A DNA stretch of 64,000 nucleotides from the human T2T-CHM13v2.0 reference genome, Homo sapiens, in the NCBI RefSeq assembly GCF_009914755.1, contig NC_060926.1. One strand, 5' to 3'. Under the pieces are notes generated by a model. That model was not told the origin of the DNA. It searched no databases and saw only the letters and a list, made by a program, of their open reading frames with translations. The position numbers and the translations under genes are program-made. Positions 37,731-54,595 of the stretch are shown here, piece after piece (position 1 is the first letter of the stretch; each line of letters begins with the position of its first letter).

Positions 37731-40700
37731 ATTTCCTATGAAATGTATGAAGCATGAAGCAATATAATTTGTTATAGATCATTAGGTCATAAAGTCTAAT
37801 GTTTTAAGTTGAAATCATATAACTATATAACAATAAAAAGACTCATAAGTATTTCTCAGGACAAAATTTGTCTTAGATTCTAAGCATTGATTTTTATCTC
37901 TCAGTTTTTTCTATCTTGAGCTTGAGCTGATCACTATATCAATTCTAAATGTTACATATAAGCTTATCATTTGAGAAATGTCAAAAGGCCAAATTGCACC
38001 AAATCTCACCCCCTCTGATATACCAAGATGGCTGAAATTCCCACCATGAGAGTCATTACCATCTTTTAAGTGATTATGTCTGCAGAAAGCCTGTACTAAA
38101 ATACAAATGTACTTGGGGGAGGTGGGGCTCATGAAGGCAGGAGCACTCAACGGCACAATGGAAGGAACATGGACCTTGGGGTCTCACACACCAAAGTTTG
38201 CATGTCGACTCAGCCACTTGCCACTTAACTGTGTGACCTTACGAAATTGCTTAACATATCTAAATCTCAGCTTCTTTACCTACAAATATGATTCTAATTC
38301 TCACAGTATTATTTCAAAGACTATTTGTGATAATTTGGAGGAGTGAGGGATCTGAATCCTAGATCTCTTCCTCAGTTTCCATGAGGACACTGCTTCCCTG
38401 TCCCAGTCCTTCCCCAGGGGAGGAGAAGTGCCTGACCTGATTGGATTTACAGAGAGGCCCCTCTCCATAGAACTATGTTGACCAGAAGGCAAAACACCAC
38501 GCTGCCAGGTGGACAGGTGATAGTCTCTCTTTCATTCTCTCAGGCCTGCCTGCTTACACAGTGAGTACCTGTGTTTTTAATTTTTATGTGAGAAGCAGAC
38601 CAAGAGAGGCCTACTTTGTCAACCCCAGCTTCTCTGCTATAGGCAGATCAGTGACACTTGGATTCCAAAGTCTAGGCTTGGAGGGAATTAGGACGCATTT
38701 CACATAGCTCAACCCAGTTTTAGCAGTATGGCTAAGACACTGGGCGCTGTATGACTCCATTCTCTGCAGCTATACTCTGTTGATGAGAAAACCCTGTTGG
38801 GGAAAATAGATGAGTGCTACAATTCAGGCAACAAATCCCACTATGTAATTCCAATAATAATAAATTTGAAATAACAATCACTGCACCTGGAGCCAAATAG
38901 GCACTCAATAAATGTTAGTTCCTCTCTCTCTTCTTGAGAAATTCATCAAGTTGAAAATATGTTCAATTTTCTGTTAAACTCCTCTCAGGCATCAGAAGAG
39001 CAGCATTGAAGGTTAGCATTTTCTCCTAGCTGTGCTGCTGCTAAGATAACAAATATAAGTAACAGAATACCAGCTCCACAGTTCTGACATGCCCTGTTGC
39101 CATTCCTAAAATATGGCTCCTCAGTCCAGGCTTCAACACCAGATTTTAAAGAGCTGATTAGGATTTTATTAGGAGAAAGTGGTTCTTTATCATCTACTAA
39201 AAAAAATCCTGCAGGAATCTATCTTAGGCTCTTGGACCCTGAAATTCAGCTCTTGGGAGTGTATCTTAAGGTAAGAAATCTGAAATAGCAAAGGCTGATA
39301 TTATATCAGCAGAATGATATTTACATCAGCACTATTTGTATGAGCAAAGGAAAACATGGAAACAACTTTAAAAACTAAAAATAACTAAAGAGTGGTTAAA
39401 TAAATTATGCTAACTCCATCAGTAAAATATTATATACTATAGCATTATTAAACATGCTTATAAAGATTATGTTATAACATGGAAAATATTTGTTATGATT
39501 TTGAATAGAATGAGCAGAATAAAAAATAATTTTTCATTATTTTACAGATTTGTAAAAACTGAATGATGACATAAAAGTGCTCATAGTAATTATATTAGCG
39601 TGGCAAATAAAAACACTCTTTTTTCCTTTTTCTACTCTTCTTTTTTATTGCCTATTCTTATGGAAAAAATATTTCTTTTTAAAGCCCAGAGACATTTGCA
39701 TGTAGTGAGCACAAAACATAGTCTATCACCAAGGCAAAGGGATAAAACTGCCTGGCTATGACTTCATTCCCCCCTTGAAGGCTGTTCTTAATGTTCTTTT
39801 CAAGCTGATTTCATCTCTAAATGCACTCGTGTGGGAGAACATAAGAACACAGTGCATTTGGCCCTGAGACCTCTAGCTCCCAAGGAATGGCTACAGACAC
39901 TTGGCAATATTTGTCAACTAACATGAGGATCAGGCAGTAACACTGTTATTCTTAAGCATTAAAGACTTCACGTCTATCCCTGAGGTAGCCCTTTATCAGT
40001 AAAAATAAATGCTGTATTGATCCCTGTTGAACTCAGATCTCTTTTTATCATAACCCAAGGTAAAAAGGGATAGGTGGTAATATTCTCACTCCATGAAGGA
40101 AACCAGGGTAGGAATTGTTTTCATCAAAGTAACTAATGCTTCTAGGCAAAGCACCGCACTAATAAACTGACTATTCATACCTTCAGAAAGCAAGTCATTC
40201 TATTGCTTTTCCCAGTAAAGAAATGGATACAACCAGCTGATTGTTTGAGGTTCACTAAGTGTCACATTTTGGTAAATACACCAAATTTCAGAACCAAATT
40301 TTTCTTACTTTTTGGTTTCGGAAAATTGATTTTATCAGCTCACTGAAGAATAAAGCACTGGTGATTTTGATACAAATAACATATTTTACAATAAACTTTA
40401 GCATGCATAAACAGTAATGGTTTATTTTATAAGAATGAAGATGTATTTTTTCTTCTGTAAGATATTTGTTATTGGATTTGAGTTAATACCTCTTCAAAAA
40501 AAATAGACTATAGGAGGCTAGTTAGAGTATGTAGAATTTTAGATGACAGTTACAGGTTCTTAAGAAATATTTCCACCATGCTAAAATAGCATGATAAGAT
40601 GCCATTCTGAGCTGTAAAAATATTTCTGTATAAAGAACAAGTTTGTTTATTTGTTTTTCTTTGATGTTACCATTTGTTGAATGCTTACTGTGTACCAGGC

Positions 40701-41215
40701 TTTTTAAAAACATGTTTTCTTAAAATAATTCTCAAAACAATTTTGGGAGATAAACAGAATTACTATGACTGTTTTACAAAGAAGAAGACAAGAGGTCAAC
40801 CAATTTGTCCAGAGTTAAATTGGCATAGCTAGGATTCCAACCAGGCCTGCCTCTTTTTCCTGTAATCACTGCTCTTGACCATGAGGCTCAGCTGGCTACT
40901 GGTGCTACTGTCATCTAACCTGTTTCTCTTCTCTTGGAAAAAAATGGACAAGACCTTATTCTCCAGCTTTTCTTTCTCTATGAAAATGATTCTAATGAGG
41001 AAAACCACTTTCTCATTGCCTCTGTCATTGTACCACTTTTCTTGACATTAATACAAGTGCTTTCATAGTAGGTCACATTTCCCAAGAATAAAAACCAGTG
41101 ATTTACTCTCATGTTGGCTGAATTGTAAGAACATCTTACTCTAGTGGCTTAACTGTTTCCAAAATACAACACACAGCAAATTTGTTCTAAAATTTCCCAT
41201 TTAAAAAAATATGTA

Positions 41216-41870
<655 letters not shown>

Positions 41871-41937
41871 AGTAATTCATTAAATGCATGTCCTAATTAG
41901 TTTTCATTTAAAAAAAATCTTTCCTGAATGAACATGA

Positions 41938-42268
<331 letters not shown>

Positions 42269-42323
42269 GACCTTCTGTTTTAGTAATATTTTCTTTTATC
42301 CTAAACGTTAAGGTTTGCTTAAC

Positions 42324-42605
42324 TTTTTTTTTTTTTGAAGTTTTGCTGTGTTGCCCAGGCTGGAGTGCAGTGGTGCCATCTCAGCTCAATGCAACTTGCA
42401 CCTCCGGGTTCAAGTGATTCTCCTGCCTTAGCCTCCCAAGTAGCTGGGATTACAGACGCGCACCACCACACCAGTCTAATTTTTGTATTTTATAGTAGAG
42501 ACGGGGTTTCGCCATGTTGGTCAGGCTGGTCTTGAACTCCCAGCCTCAAGTGATCCACCCGCCTCGGCCTCCCAAAGTTACAGGTGTGGGCCACTGTGTC
42601 CGGGC
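42324..42605 (-). mobile_element. AluS
   Basis: Alu dimer; flanking ttgcttaactttt duplication. Confidence 0.92.
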
Positions 42606-43029
42606 TGGCTTGCTTAACTTTTAAACCTGTGTCCAAATGACTAAAGTACCAGATTTGTCCCAAACCACCGATTCACTATCACCCTCTTGTGATTCTAGGT
42701 AGCCTTCAAAGACATGAGAGAGGAGCTGTAGTCTCTAGGATCTACTATAAAAGCACAGAGCTTTTATTCCAGCAAAACTAACTGACTGAGACAATGCTAA
42801 CAAGATCAATTTTAATCATTGTTTAGATAATGCCTGCCTTTAATGTTAACACTCATTTAAAGAATACAAATAAATAAACAAAATTTAAGGAAGACTCAGC
42901 TAAATTTGGGGCTCTAGATTCTAGGTTTCTCTTAAAGAAACCAATTTACAGAATTTAATTTGCAGAATTAAGATTAAAATTGTGAGAAAAACTTTAGCAT
43001 GCATAAACAGTAATAATTTATGCATATTA

Positions 43030-43334
<305 letters not shown>

Positions 43335-44850
43335 TATTCATATGGCTATTTATTGGCTACAAAATATGCAAAGCAGCGTGCTGCTTTTGGTGAAGGACCC
43401 AAAGATGAATAGATTCTCTACCCTTAGGAGTGGGCATTCTAGTGAGGGAGAGGAGAAATGCACACAGAAGCTGGTATGTGATGCACTTCATAAAATATGC
43501 ACAATGAATTAATATAAGGGGTTGGAGAAAGACACATTGTCTTATTTTTCATAATTATAAAAGTTATAAAAAAGGTATTTTGCATAGAAAACATAAAGAA
43601 TATTGAATCAGAGCAATACTTTTAAAAGCTATTTTCTAATTATTTAGAACTCTGATAAATTTACCACATATCATCTTCATAATTTTTGCTCTGAGTCAAT
43701 CTAAACTCTTTATTAGAAAAGTGGCTAGTGTTGCTCCTCCTCTCACATTGGTATGATTGGGTTAAATTCAAGTCTTTTTTGTTAGAAGTGAAATGAATAA
43801 ATAGGTGACAGTTAAAATATATCAGTTTGGATTTGTGCAAATTATCACTGTCTTTCTTGTGATCTTTCAGATAGGAAAATCACACAAAGTACTTTCTGAA
43901 AGAATAACCATTACTTTTAAAGACTTCAAGTTATAATGGCACATACAGATGAAAGTTAATGATATGAACCTGTTCATGTACTTAAGCTGATTGTTAAAAT
44001 GGAACGCAACCAACGAAATTGGTCTAGATAACTTAATGAAAGCATGATAAAATTTCTTTCAGGAGCGGGTATGGGTAAGTAGTCAAGTTATATATTTAAT
44101 GTTACATAAAAATCCTACTTGTGATTTGATCTTTATTTCTAATAACTCTTCAATCTCTAGTGGCAATTTATTTTGAAGTTCCTGTTAGATTAATTTCAAT
44201 TTACATTCCAGAAGAAACAGGCCTATCTTTACTCATTAATTTTCGCAGCTGTTGACAGGTCAGTGACTCTCCATGCTAAAAGAGTTCTGATTCTAATGTA
44301 GAGTATACAGTTATGAGTGTAGGCAATGGTTAGAAATTCCAATTCTGATCAGGTTGCTGAATGGCATAAGGGAAAGGGAGAAGAATCCTAAAAGAGCTAA
44401 GCAGGACCCAGCTCCCGGGTTGGGTAAAATTTATGCCTCCACTCTACAAAAATGGAGAATGTTAAACATGTTTTATAGTCCTGACCCTCCCAAGGCAAAA
44501 ATCTAAAGAAGAAAAAATGTCATAAATGGAATTGAAAGGCACCTTCTCCTCACATAGCCTGGGATCTAATCAGTCCAGGCTGGGAATCCCAACTCTGCCA
44601 ATTAGCTGTGTCATCCTGAACAAATCATTTCACTTTTCTGAACCTAGGTCTCCTCATCCATGAAATGGATTCTTCTTCTTCAATTTCAGAGAAGCCACAA
44701 GGATTAAAAATAAAATACATAAAGTACCTAATAGAAAGTAAGGCATATTCCAGGCCATCCATAAATAAGGTTCCAGCTCTGGTCAATTCTTGTGGCCATG
44801 GTTACAGGAATGTGAAATTATAGGATAAATATTTATAAAAACTCAGTTCT

Positions 44851-45170
44851 GGCCGGGCGTGATGGCTCACACCTGTAATCCCAGCACTTTGGGAGGCTGA
44901 GGCGGGAGGATTACCTTAGGTTAGGAGTTCGAGACAAGCCTGGCCAACATGGTGAAACCCTGTCTCTACTAAAAATTACAAAAAAAAAAAAATTATCTGG
45001 GCGTGGTGGCAGGCACCTGTAGTCCCAGCTACTCAGGAGGCTGAGGCAGGAGAATTGCTCGAATCCGGGGGGCAGAGGTTGCAGACAGCCGAGATCACGC
45101 CACTGCACTCCAGTCTCAGCAAGAGAGAGACACTCCGTCTGGAAAAAAAAAAAAAAAACAAAAAAAAAAA
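44851..45170 (+). mobile_element. AluS
   Basis: Alu dimer with A tail. Confidence 0.93.
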
Positions 45171-45499
45171 ACTCAAGTTTTTTAAAGCTCCCTGTTCCTA
45201 CTCATAGCTCCTCACTCATACCTCTCCAGTAGTTTTGCCTCTCAAGTCACGAAGTTGCTGCAGCTATTCAGGGCTCTGTGAAATTCAGAATTCAAGGTAA
45301 TTGATCTGGCAGTGAATCTGTGGCTAGGGGGAAAAGGCATAATAAGATCCATGAACTAAAAATAGAGTTAAGGTTGTTAAAATGTATTAGGAAGTTAGGC
45401 AAAAATCTAAATATACGATTCTTGGGAGAGGAAGGTCAAAGTAAGAATTTTCTTTGTAATCTTTGTTTATATGTGCTGTGTCTACAAATATTTACCATA

Positions 45500-45870
45500 T
45501 TAGAAATTAAAACATAAATTTAAAATGTTTATTACTTTATTTAAAAATAATCCATTACATATTAACATGTATATTTGTGAAAAATTTTCCCCAAAATTAA
45601 TGAGTAAGATGGCAGCATTTTACCTTTCTGCAAATCTCTTAATGTTTGGCTTTATAAAGGTCAACTAGATTTTCATATCTGTGGTGTCTACATTCAATCT
45701 ACTGTGGTATCACACAACATCACATAGTCTGTGGAAAACTTCATTGTATATTTAAGAATGAAAGTGGATAAAAGAATTATCATGAAAGTAGTTTTAACCT
45801 CACAAAGCCCTGGAAAGAATTCGGGGGTCCCCAACAGTCCCTAGATCGTACTCTATGGACTCCTGGATTA
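45500..45870. mobile_element. MER33/Charlie1-like DNA transposon remnant
   Basis: 'gcaaatctcttaatgtttggc...gattttcatatctg...ctacattcaatctactgtgg...catgaaagtagttttaacctc'. Confidence 0.65.
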
Positions 45871-46437
45871 GATATATACACGTTTGTCCTAGTGATTGAC
45901 TAAAGTATTTAAAAACAGTATTTTTTTTAATTCTTAGATAGATCCTGGAGAATGTGGCAAACCACAACCTATAGTTCTCTTACTTCTGCAACTGTCAAAT
46001 TGATAAAGTAGAAACAAAATCAAACAAAAGGTTTAACTTTAAAAATGTACCATGTGAAAACCTCCAGGTGTCCTGAAGGGCCAAATCTCATGTATGATAA
46101 TTTTTTAAACAAAAATTCTATATGATGTGGAGTTTTTCTCCCTTTTCTTTCCCAGTATAAATATGGCAGCTCACGTAGCCTAATTAATAGTGGGTGACAT
46201 CTTCTGCTGGCTCAGTGGCATTTTTACAAAGTGAACAAAAACAATTATTGAGGGCACATAAGGAGACAAGCATAGTGACAATATGTTTGCTGCCATCGAC
46301 TTGGTGGCAGTCTACCCTTTAGCTTATTTAACTAATCAATATGCTAATTAAGAAAACCAAAGCCATTGATGAAAACATTTTTACAAAGAGTAGATTAGGT
46401 CTTTGGGCTATAAATTAATCTTCATGAGGGCTAAGTC

Positions 46438-46745
46438 TTTTTTTGTTTTGTTTTGGGGGACGGAATCTCGCTCTGTCACCAAGGCTGGAGTGGAGTGCAG
46501 TTGTGTGATCTTCCCAGCTCACTGCAACTGACGCCTCCTAGGTTCAAGCGATTCTTCTGCCTCAGCTTCCCAACTAGCTGGGGTTACAGGCATGCGCCAC
46601 CAAGCCCAGCTAATTTTTGTATTTTTCATAGAGACCAGGTTTTGCCAGGTTGACAAGGCTGGTCTTGAACTCCTGACCTCAAATGATCCACCTGCCTTGG
46701 CCTCCCAAAGTGTTGGGACTACAGGCATGAGCCACTGCACCCAGC
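46438..46745 (-). mobile_element. AluS
   Basis: TSD gagggctaagtcttt. Confidence 0.92.
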
Positions 46746-47984
46746 TGAGGGCTAAGTCTTTAAAAACAAAAAAGTTCATGACAGTAGAGTTAAACAGTTA
46801 TATTTAGTTGCAGAATATTACTGATTTCATTATTATGCAATGATAATTTCTTACAAATGGAATAACTGCCTTAAATGATTTACTGCTAGTGACAGGAGAC
46901 ATACAAGATTTTGTGGTCAGTTATGCAACGGAATTGTTAAACCTAAATCTGACTATTAGAGAAATTAAAACCTTTAAATGGAGAATAGAATAGAAGCCTA
47001 TAGTCAAATGTGAGATGTTGACTATCAGGTATAACAAATCCAAAAGCCATCAGCAGGTCAGGCATTTGTACCTAGATCTAGACACAGGGAAACAGTGGTT
47101 CAGTGTCTTTAAGCCTCAAAGAGCCTCTTAGCGGCTACTCCCTTCTCTGAAATTCTATTCCCTCCTTTAGGGACAGAGAATGCTTGTCCTATTTATTTAG
47201 CATCTCCATTCAACATTGAGTAGGATTCTCAGCATATTAGCCTGAAGTTGAAATTTGAAATTTTTATTTCATCTTACTTTTGATTATGTTAATTTGGGCA
47301 AAGACACATTCAGTTCTGTTTGATGTTTTACAATGTTGAGGAGGAAAATGCCCCTGGAAAGAGCATTTAGTAAATAAATTCCTTTAGGTCTAAAACATGC
47401 TAACCAAGAAGGAGTGAATCATATAACTTGAAACTGGTTGAAATGAGTAATATATTTCAAGGTGACCAAAGTAAACTTTTCTGATTTAAAAAGACAATCA
47501 CAGAAACAAGTTGTTTTGTATTGTTTTGTTGTTAACACCCAACCCATGTTCTTTCTTTGTTTTCATATTCTGGCTACCAAATCTGAAAAGGCACATGGCT
47601 TCCAAAGCAAGCAGAAGTTGCAAAAAACAAATCATGGTTCCACAGTGTCTGGTTAGTCAAAGAGACCAATTACATGCTAGAAATGTGCGAAAGCCTGGGC
47701 ATTCTGATTTCACACTGGTAGTAACAACGGAGTATGAAAGAGTAAGCAGTAACTTAAATATGTTCCAGGGTTTATAGCAGCAGAGGTAACAGAAAATTCT
47801 GTTTTCTCTTTAAAGTAGAATGAAGAAACCCAAAAGTAAAACTGGCAGTGAAAACAATGGCTGATGCATAGCAGTAATGGTCAGGCACTGTTCTGAAAGC
47901 ACTTCACTTCTACAATAATCCACTGTTCATTGTGCCCCACAGGATTCTTTGAGGGAGATACTAGTTTATTCCCCCTATTATATT

Positions 47985-49100
47985 TAAATAACCCATGGCC
48001 AAAGAAGAATTACAAGGGAAATTAGAAAATATTGTGAACTGAATCAGAATAAAAACACAAGCATCAGGAATTATGGGATGCCACTAAGACAGTACTTAGA
48101 AATTTAGAACTTTAAATGTTTATACCAGAAAAGAAGAAATATCCAAAATCAGTAACTTAAATTTCCAGCTTAAAAGGCAAAAAATTTAAAAGAAGATTAA
48201 ACCCAACATAAGCAGGAAAAAGGAAATAAAGATAAGAAAACAATCAAACTAGAAAAGAGAAAAATAAAAATCAATTAAATCAAAAGCAGATTATTTGAAA
48301 AGATCTATAAAATGGATCAGTCAATAGTTTGATTAAGAAAAATGAGAAAGAGCAGAAACAACCAATGTCAAGAATGAAACAGGAACATTACTACAGATTC
48401 CCCAGATGCTAAAAGATAATAAAGGAACTGTGAGAACAATTTTATAGTAATAAATACGACAACTTAGATGAAATAGACAAATTTCTTAAAAGACACAAAT
48501 TACTAACACTGACTCAAAAAGAAATAGAAAATCTGAATGGTCCTATATCTAGCAAAGAAATTACATACATAATTTTTAAGTCATATAAAAACCTTCCCAG
48601 GAAGAAAACTCCAGGTGGATTCACCATGGATTCTATCAAATACTTAAGGGAAAAATAAAATAAATCTCTCTCTGCAAGTACAGGAGAAGAGTACACTTCC
48701 TGACTCATTTTATGAGTCCAGCATTACCCCCATATCAAAAGTACAGTCTAGGTAGAAGTCGCAATTAAATTGTGGTTACTAGAGGCTGGAAAGGGTAGCA
48801 GGGAGGAGAGAATAAGGAGAGGTTGGGTAAGATACGCAAAGTTACAGCTAGGTAGGATGACTAACTTCTAATGTCCTATGGCACTGTAGAGTGACTATAG
48901 TTAGCAATAATTTATTGCATATTTTCAAATAACTGGAAGAGAAGATTTTGAATGTTCCCAACACAAAGAAATAATAAATGTTTAAGGTGATGGATATGCT
49001 ATTTACCCTGATTTGATCATTACATATTATATATATGTACCAAAATATCACTCTGTACCCCATAAATATGTACAATTATTACATGTTAATTAAAAATACA
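47985..49100 (+). mobile_element. Old L1M ORF2 fragment (to ~48740) joined to an L1MA 3' end
   Basis: 'acaacttagatgaaatagacaaatttctt' ORF2 motif followed by 'gtggttactagaggctggaaagggtag...tgtaccccataaatatgtacaattatt'. Confidence 0.8.
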
Positions 49101-49159
49101 CAGTTTAGGACTAGGCTCCCCAGATTCAAATTCCAGTTCTGCCCCTACTAGCTTTGCAA

Positions 49160-49677
49160 CCTGCCCCCATGATTCAATTATCTCCCACCGGGTCCCTCCC
49201 ACAACACGTGGGAATTTTGGGAGCTACGATTCAAGATGAGATTTGGGTAGGGACACAGCCAAACCATAACAATAAGTTATTATGTTATTATGAAAAAATT
49301 ATATGAAAATAATGCCTCTGCTAACTTAAGTAAGTGCTGTCACAAATATTTCAGTTAACTAATTTTGGTATTCTTTGTGGGCTCCAGATCTACACTGCCT
49401 GTATTAGTTTTTGCACTGCTCTAAAGAACTTCCCTGAGACGGGGTAATTTATAAAGGAAGGAGGTTTAATTGACTCACAGTTCTGCATGGCTGGAATGTG
49501 AAGGAAAAGCAAGCACCTTCTTCAGAAGCCCATCAGATCTCTGAGAACTCACTATCACAGAACAGCATGGGGGAAACCACCCCCATGATCCAATCACCCC
49601 CATCAGGTCCCTCCCTCAACACATGGGGACTACAGTTCGAGATGAGATTTGAGTGGGGACACAGAGCCAAACCATAT
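49160..49677 (-). mobile_element. Two MaLR LTR pieces (THE1/MST 49160-49272; MST 49399-49677) among MIR fragments
   Basis: 'cccatgattcaattatctcccaccgggtccctcccacaacacgtggga...gagatttgggtagggacacagccaaaccata' and 'tgtattagtt...gaggtttaattgactcacagttctgcatggctgg'. Confidence 0.85.
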
Positions 49678-50788
49678 TACTACCTATGTTGGAATCCAAA
49701 TTCTACCGCTTACTAACAGTGTGACATTGGCAAGTGGCTAAACCTCTCTTTGTGTCAGCTTCTTCATCAGTAAAATTGACTTAATAACAGCATTTACCTC
49801 ATAGGGCTGTTGTGACAATTAAATGTATTATTATAACTAAAGTGCTTAAAATAGTATCTGAGAATTATAAAGCAGATGTAAGTTTTGGTTATTTTGATGA
49901 TCATTATTTCATACTGGTCAAAAAAAACAGGAACCACAGGTTATGTTCCTATGTCATCTATTTACATTTGAGTATCTTTAGGCAAGTCACTCATCAGTCT
50001 TCCTGAGCCTCAGTTTCCTCCTCTATGAATTGAAGGAATAGACTTCATGATCTCAAAGATTGTACCTGGTTCTAAAATTCCAAATCTTTTGAGGAATTCT
50101 TTTTCTTAAAAAAAAAAAAATTTAGAAAAACCCATACTTTCCTTTAATTCTCCTCTAAGCACTTCAGCCCCAAATTAAGTCTTTTGGGACCATATTGCTC
50201 ATATAACTCATTTGACAAATATTTTTACATATCAATTGTTTGTTCTTCACCTACTCCCACCGGGCCAGACATAATAACTTTAGGAACAAAGGTCCACTCT
50301 TACTTTTTTGTACATAATAAACATTTATTCTTCATTTCATCCTAATGCATGTATTGAATACATGCCAAGCACTGTTCTAGCTAGGCATTGAAGGAAAGAT
50401 AAACAAAACCAGATTCCTGATCTCAACGAATTCAGTATAGTAGACCAACCAATGAAACGTAATTATAATATATTGTGATAAATGCAATAGTAAAGGATGG
50501 AGTGATCAAATATGCTTAGCTGGAGCTTACAAAATGATTTTCAGAAGAAGCATGAACTAGATCTTGAAAGATGAGTAGCATTTCTCCAAATGAAACTGAA
50601 AAAATGAAATGAAATGCTTTCTTTGTAATAACATATCTCATACATATATCATGGTGCTGTTGTATTGAGTTTTGATTTATTACACTGAGACTGGCAAGGC
50701 CTTGGTTTCCCAAGCAAGTGGACATCCTTGATGTCAATTATCTGAAGTAGAGATGTGTCTTCAAACATCTTTCTCTTCCCCATCATGA

Positions 50789-51130
<342 letters not shown>

Positions 51131-51149
51131 CATATTACCTTCTACATTT

Positions 51150-51755
51150 TTTAAATTTTAAAATATTTAATTGACAAATAAAAACTGTGTATATTCAACA
51201 TATACAACATGATTGGATATATATTCTATACTGATTACCACACTTGAATGAATTAACACATCTATCACCACTCAGTTATGTGTGTGTGCATGTGTGCATG
51301 GTGAGGACACTTAAAATCTGCTCTCTTACCAAATTATAGGAGACAATATATTATTAACTATAGTCACTAGGCTGTATATTAGATCCCCAGAACATATTCA
51401 TCTTACAACTTAAAGTTTGTTCTTTTTGACTACCATCTCTCCTTTTCCCCTCCACCACATCCCCTGGCAAGCACTGTTCTCCTCTCTGCTTCTGTGAGTT
51501 TTACTCTTTAGATTCTACAGATAAGTAAGATTATACAATGTTTGCCTTTCTGTATTTGGATTATTTCACTTAGTGTATGTAATGTCTTCCACATTTATCT
51601 ATGTTGTCACAAATGGCAGGGTTTCCTTCTTTTTTATGGCTGAATAATATTCCATGGTATATATACCACATTTTCTTTATCTATTCATCTGTCAATGGAT
51701 ACTTAAGTTGTCTTCATACCTTGGCTCTTGTGAATATTGCTGCAATGAACATGAG
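51150..51755 (-). mobile_element. L1MA 3' end
   Basis: 'ttttttatggctgaataatattccatgg...ttggctcttgtgaatattgctgcaatgaacatg'. Confidence 0.8.
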
Positions 51756-52239
51756 TTCCACATTTTTCTCGAATCTGTTTATTTCTCCACATCTATGCTA
51801 ACTCTACCCTAGTCCAAGCCATTGCCATCTCTCACCTGGGCTATTTCAGTAGTATCCTAGCCAGTTTTCCTCTATCTTTTGTTGCTCTCCTCCAACATAT
51901 TCCTCAAACTTTAGCTAAAACAATTATTACAAAATAATCATGCCCTTTCCCATCTTGAATAATTAATACCAAAGCCATGAGAAGAGAGGCTGAGCAGTGT
52001 CAGAACCCAACCAGTGTGAGGAGAGTGTTCATATAAGGCAGTGAGGGTGAGTCACTGTGTATTGGAACCCTTTGAGAATGAGATGTGTGTCCCTGCCAGA
52101 GAACAGCCTGGAATAGGTTGGAACCTGAGTGGAGTAAACAGAGCATCTGCTCAGGTGAGCAATCCAGTATAAGGTAGCGGGGCAATCACACAGGGGATGA
52201 TGGGGAGCATCAGCAATAGAAGATTGGTTATGTATACAT

Positions 52240-53485
52240 ACTCATTCAGTGATAACGAGAACCAGTTTCCTTACTGTCAGACAGAAGAGCTACATTTATG
52301 GAAAGAAAAAACTAAAATAAATCTGACACCTGTGATATTACATTGCAATTGGAAATATTGGTGTAAACTCACAGTTTTATACATATGTAAATGTGGAGGT
52401 GTATATGTGTGAGTATGTGTGTATATGTATATACATATACATATATTCTCTACCTTTGTCCACCGAGAAGACCTGGAAGCAACAGCAGCCCCAGATTATG
52501 ATGAATGCCTAGGACCTAGATCTTGCCATGTAAATACCATTCTTCCAAAGAACCAAGGCTTCTTAGAGAAATGGCTAGTATAATGGCTGAGCCAGGAAAA
52601 GTCCTGGATGAGCCTCGAACATCTTATTGTGCACTAAAATAAGCATACCCAAAGAATGGTGGGATTGTCAAAACGACACATAAGCCAGCTTGAAAGAATT
52701 CCCACTGGTCCAATCTAGAACTACTTAAACATCTAAATAAATGGTAATAATGGATTTTAACCCATAGAATAAAAAATCCATGAATGCATAATAATATAAA
52801 TCAATGAATAAATTGGAAGTTTGATGAGGAATAGAATATGTTCATAGAGTCTCAAAGCACCTCCAATAAAGGACTTATTACAAAAGGAGAAATGTAACAT
52901 TGCCATAGAAAAGCCTCTCAGACATCTCTATAATGAAGCCATCTAAGTTAAAACTACCAACAATGAGACGAATCAAAATTTGCAGCCTGCAATGGATAGA
53001 CCATAGGGTCAGTTCTGTTAGATTCTTCCCAAATACATAACCTAAATCTAATCGTGAGGAAACATCAGACAAACTGACACAGAAAGACATCTACAAAATA
53101 ATTGGCCTATATTCTTCACAAGTGTCAAAGTCTTAAAAGTCAAGGAAAAACTGAAGAACTGTTTCCAACTGAGGGAGCCTGAAATATCAGGACACTAAAT
53201 TGAAACAAGTAGTTGCCAGGTAGATCTTTGTACCGCAAATATGTTATTGGGACAATTGGCAAGACCTAAATGGGGTCTGAGGATTAGATGGTAATAAGAT
53301 ATCAGTGTTAATTTCTGGATTTTGATGATTGTGTTTTGGTTATGAAGGAGAATGTCCTTGTTTGTTAAAAAACATAAACCAGTTTTGGGAGACAACGGGA
53401 CAAGAAGTTAACAACTTACTCACAAATGGTTGAGGAAACAAAATTACTTGTTCTATACATTTAACATTCTTGTAACTTTGAAATT
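52240..53485 (+). mobile_element. L1MC/L1MD-type 3'UTR
   Basis: 'aaatggggtctgaggattagatggtaataag...aatgtccttgttt' and related motifs. Confidence 0.65.
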
Positions 53486-53493
53486 CTTTTCCA

Positions 53494-53790
53494 TTTTTTT
53501 CTTTTTTTTTGAGACGGAGTCTTGCTCTGTTGCCTAAGCTGGAGTGCAGTGGCCTGATCTCTGCTCACTGCAAGCTCCGCCTCTCAGGTTCATGCCATTC
53601 TCCTGTCTCAGCCTCCTGAGTAACTGGGACTACAGGAGCCCACCACCACGCCTGGCTAATTTTTTGTATTTTTTGTAGAGATGGGGTTTCACTGTGTTAG
53701 CCAGGATGGTCTCAATCTCCTGACCTCGTGATCCGCCTGCCTCAGCCTCCCAAAGTGCTGGGATTACAGGTATGAGCCACCGCGCCTGGC
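53494..53790 (-). mobile_element. AluY-like
   Basis: Alu dimer. Confidence 0.92.
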
Positions 53791-54317
53791 TCAGTTTTTT
53801 TAAATTAAATAATTCAATACTGTAATGACATTCCGTTGTTTAAACACTTCTGTGGCTTCCCATTGCTCATAGGAAAAGGCCCAAACTCCTTAAAATAAAC
53901 TACATCTTGTCCCTGTCTGCTTTTACATTCCCATTTTGTTGACTCTCTCCTTTTGGCTTGCTACATTCTGGTGATCTTTTTGTTCCTTTAACACCCATGC
54001 TCTTTTGAAGTACAAGAACTATGCACTTGCTGTTCAATCTGACTATAATATTGCCTAATTTTTTGCCCATATATGTTAAATTTCTTCCTTTTTATTTTTA
54101 TTTTTGGTGAAACCTTTGGCAAATCTTTGCCCCTAGAGGAGCTCACAACATCACAACACTATGTATTCTTCCTTCATAATTACAGATTTGTTTGAATAAT
54201 TGATGTGTCCTCTATTATCCTACTTACTGAGGGCAGAGCTATGTCCTTGCTCACCACAGTAACCCTAATGACCTAGCCCAGAGAACAGTAGACTACTTTA
54301 ATTAATAAATTAAATGT

Positions 54318-54595
<278 letters not shown>
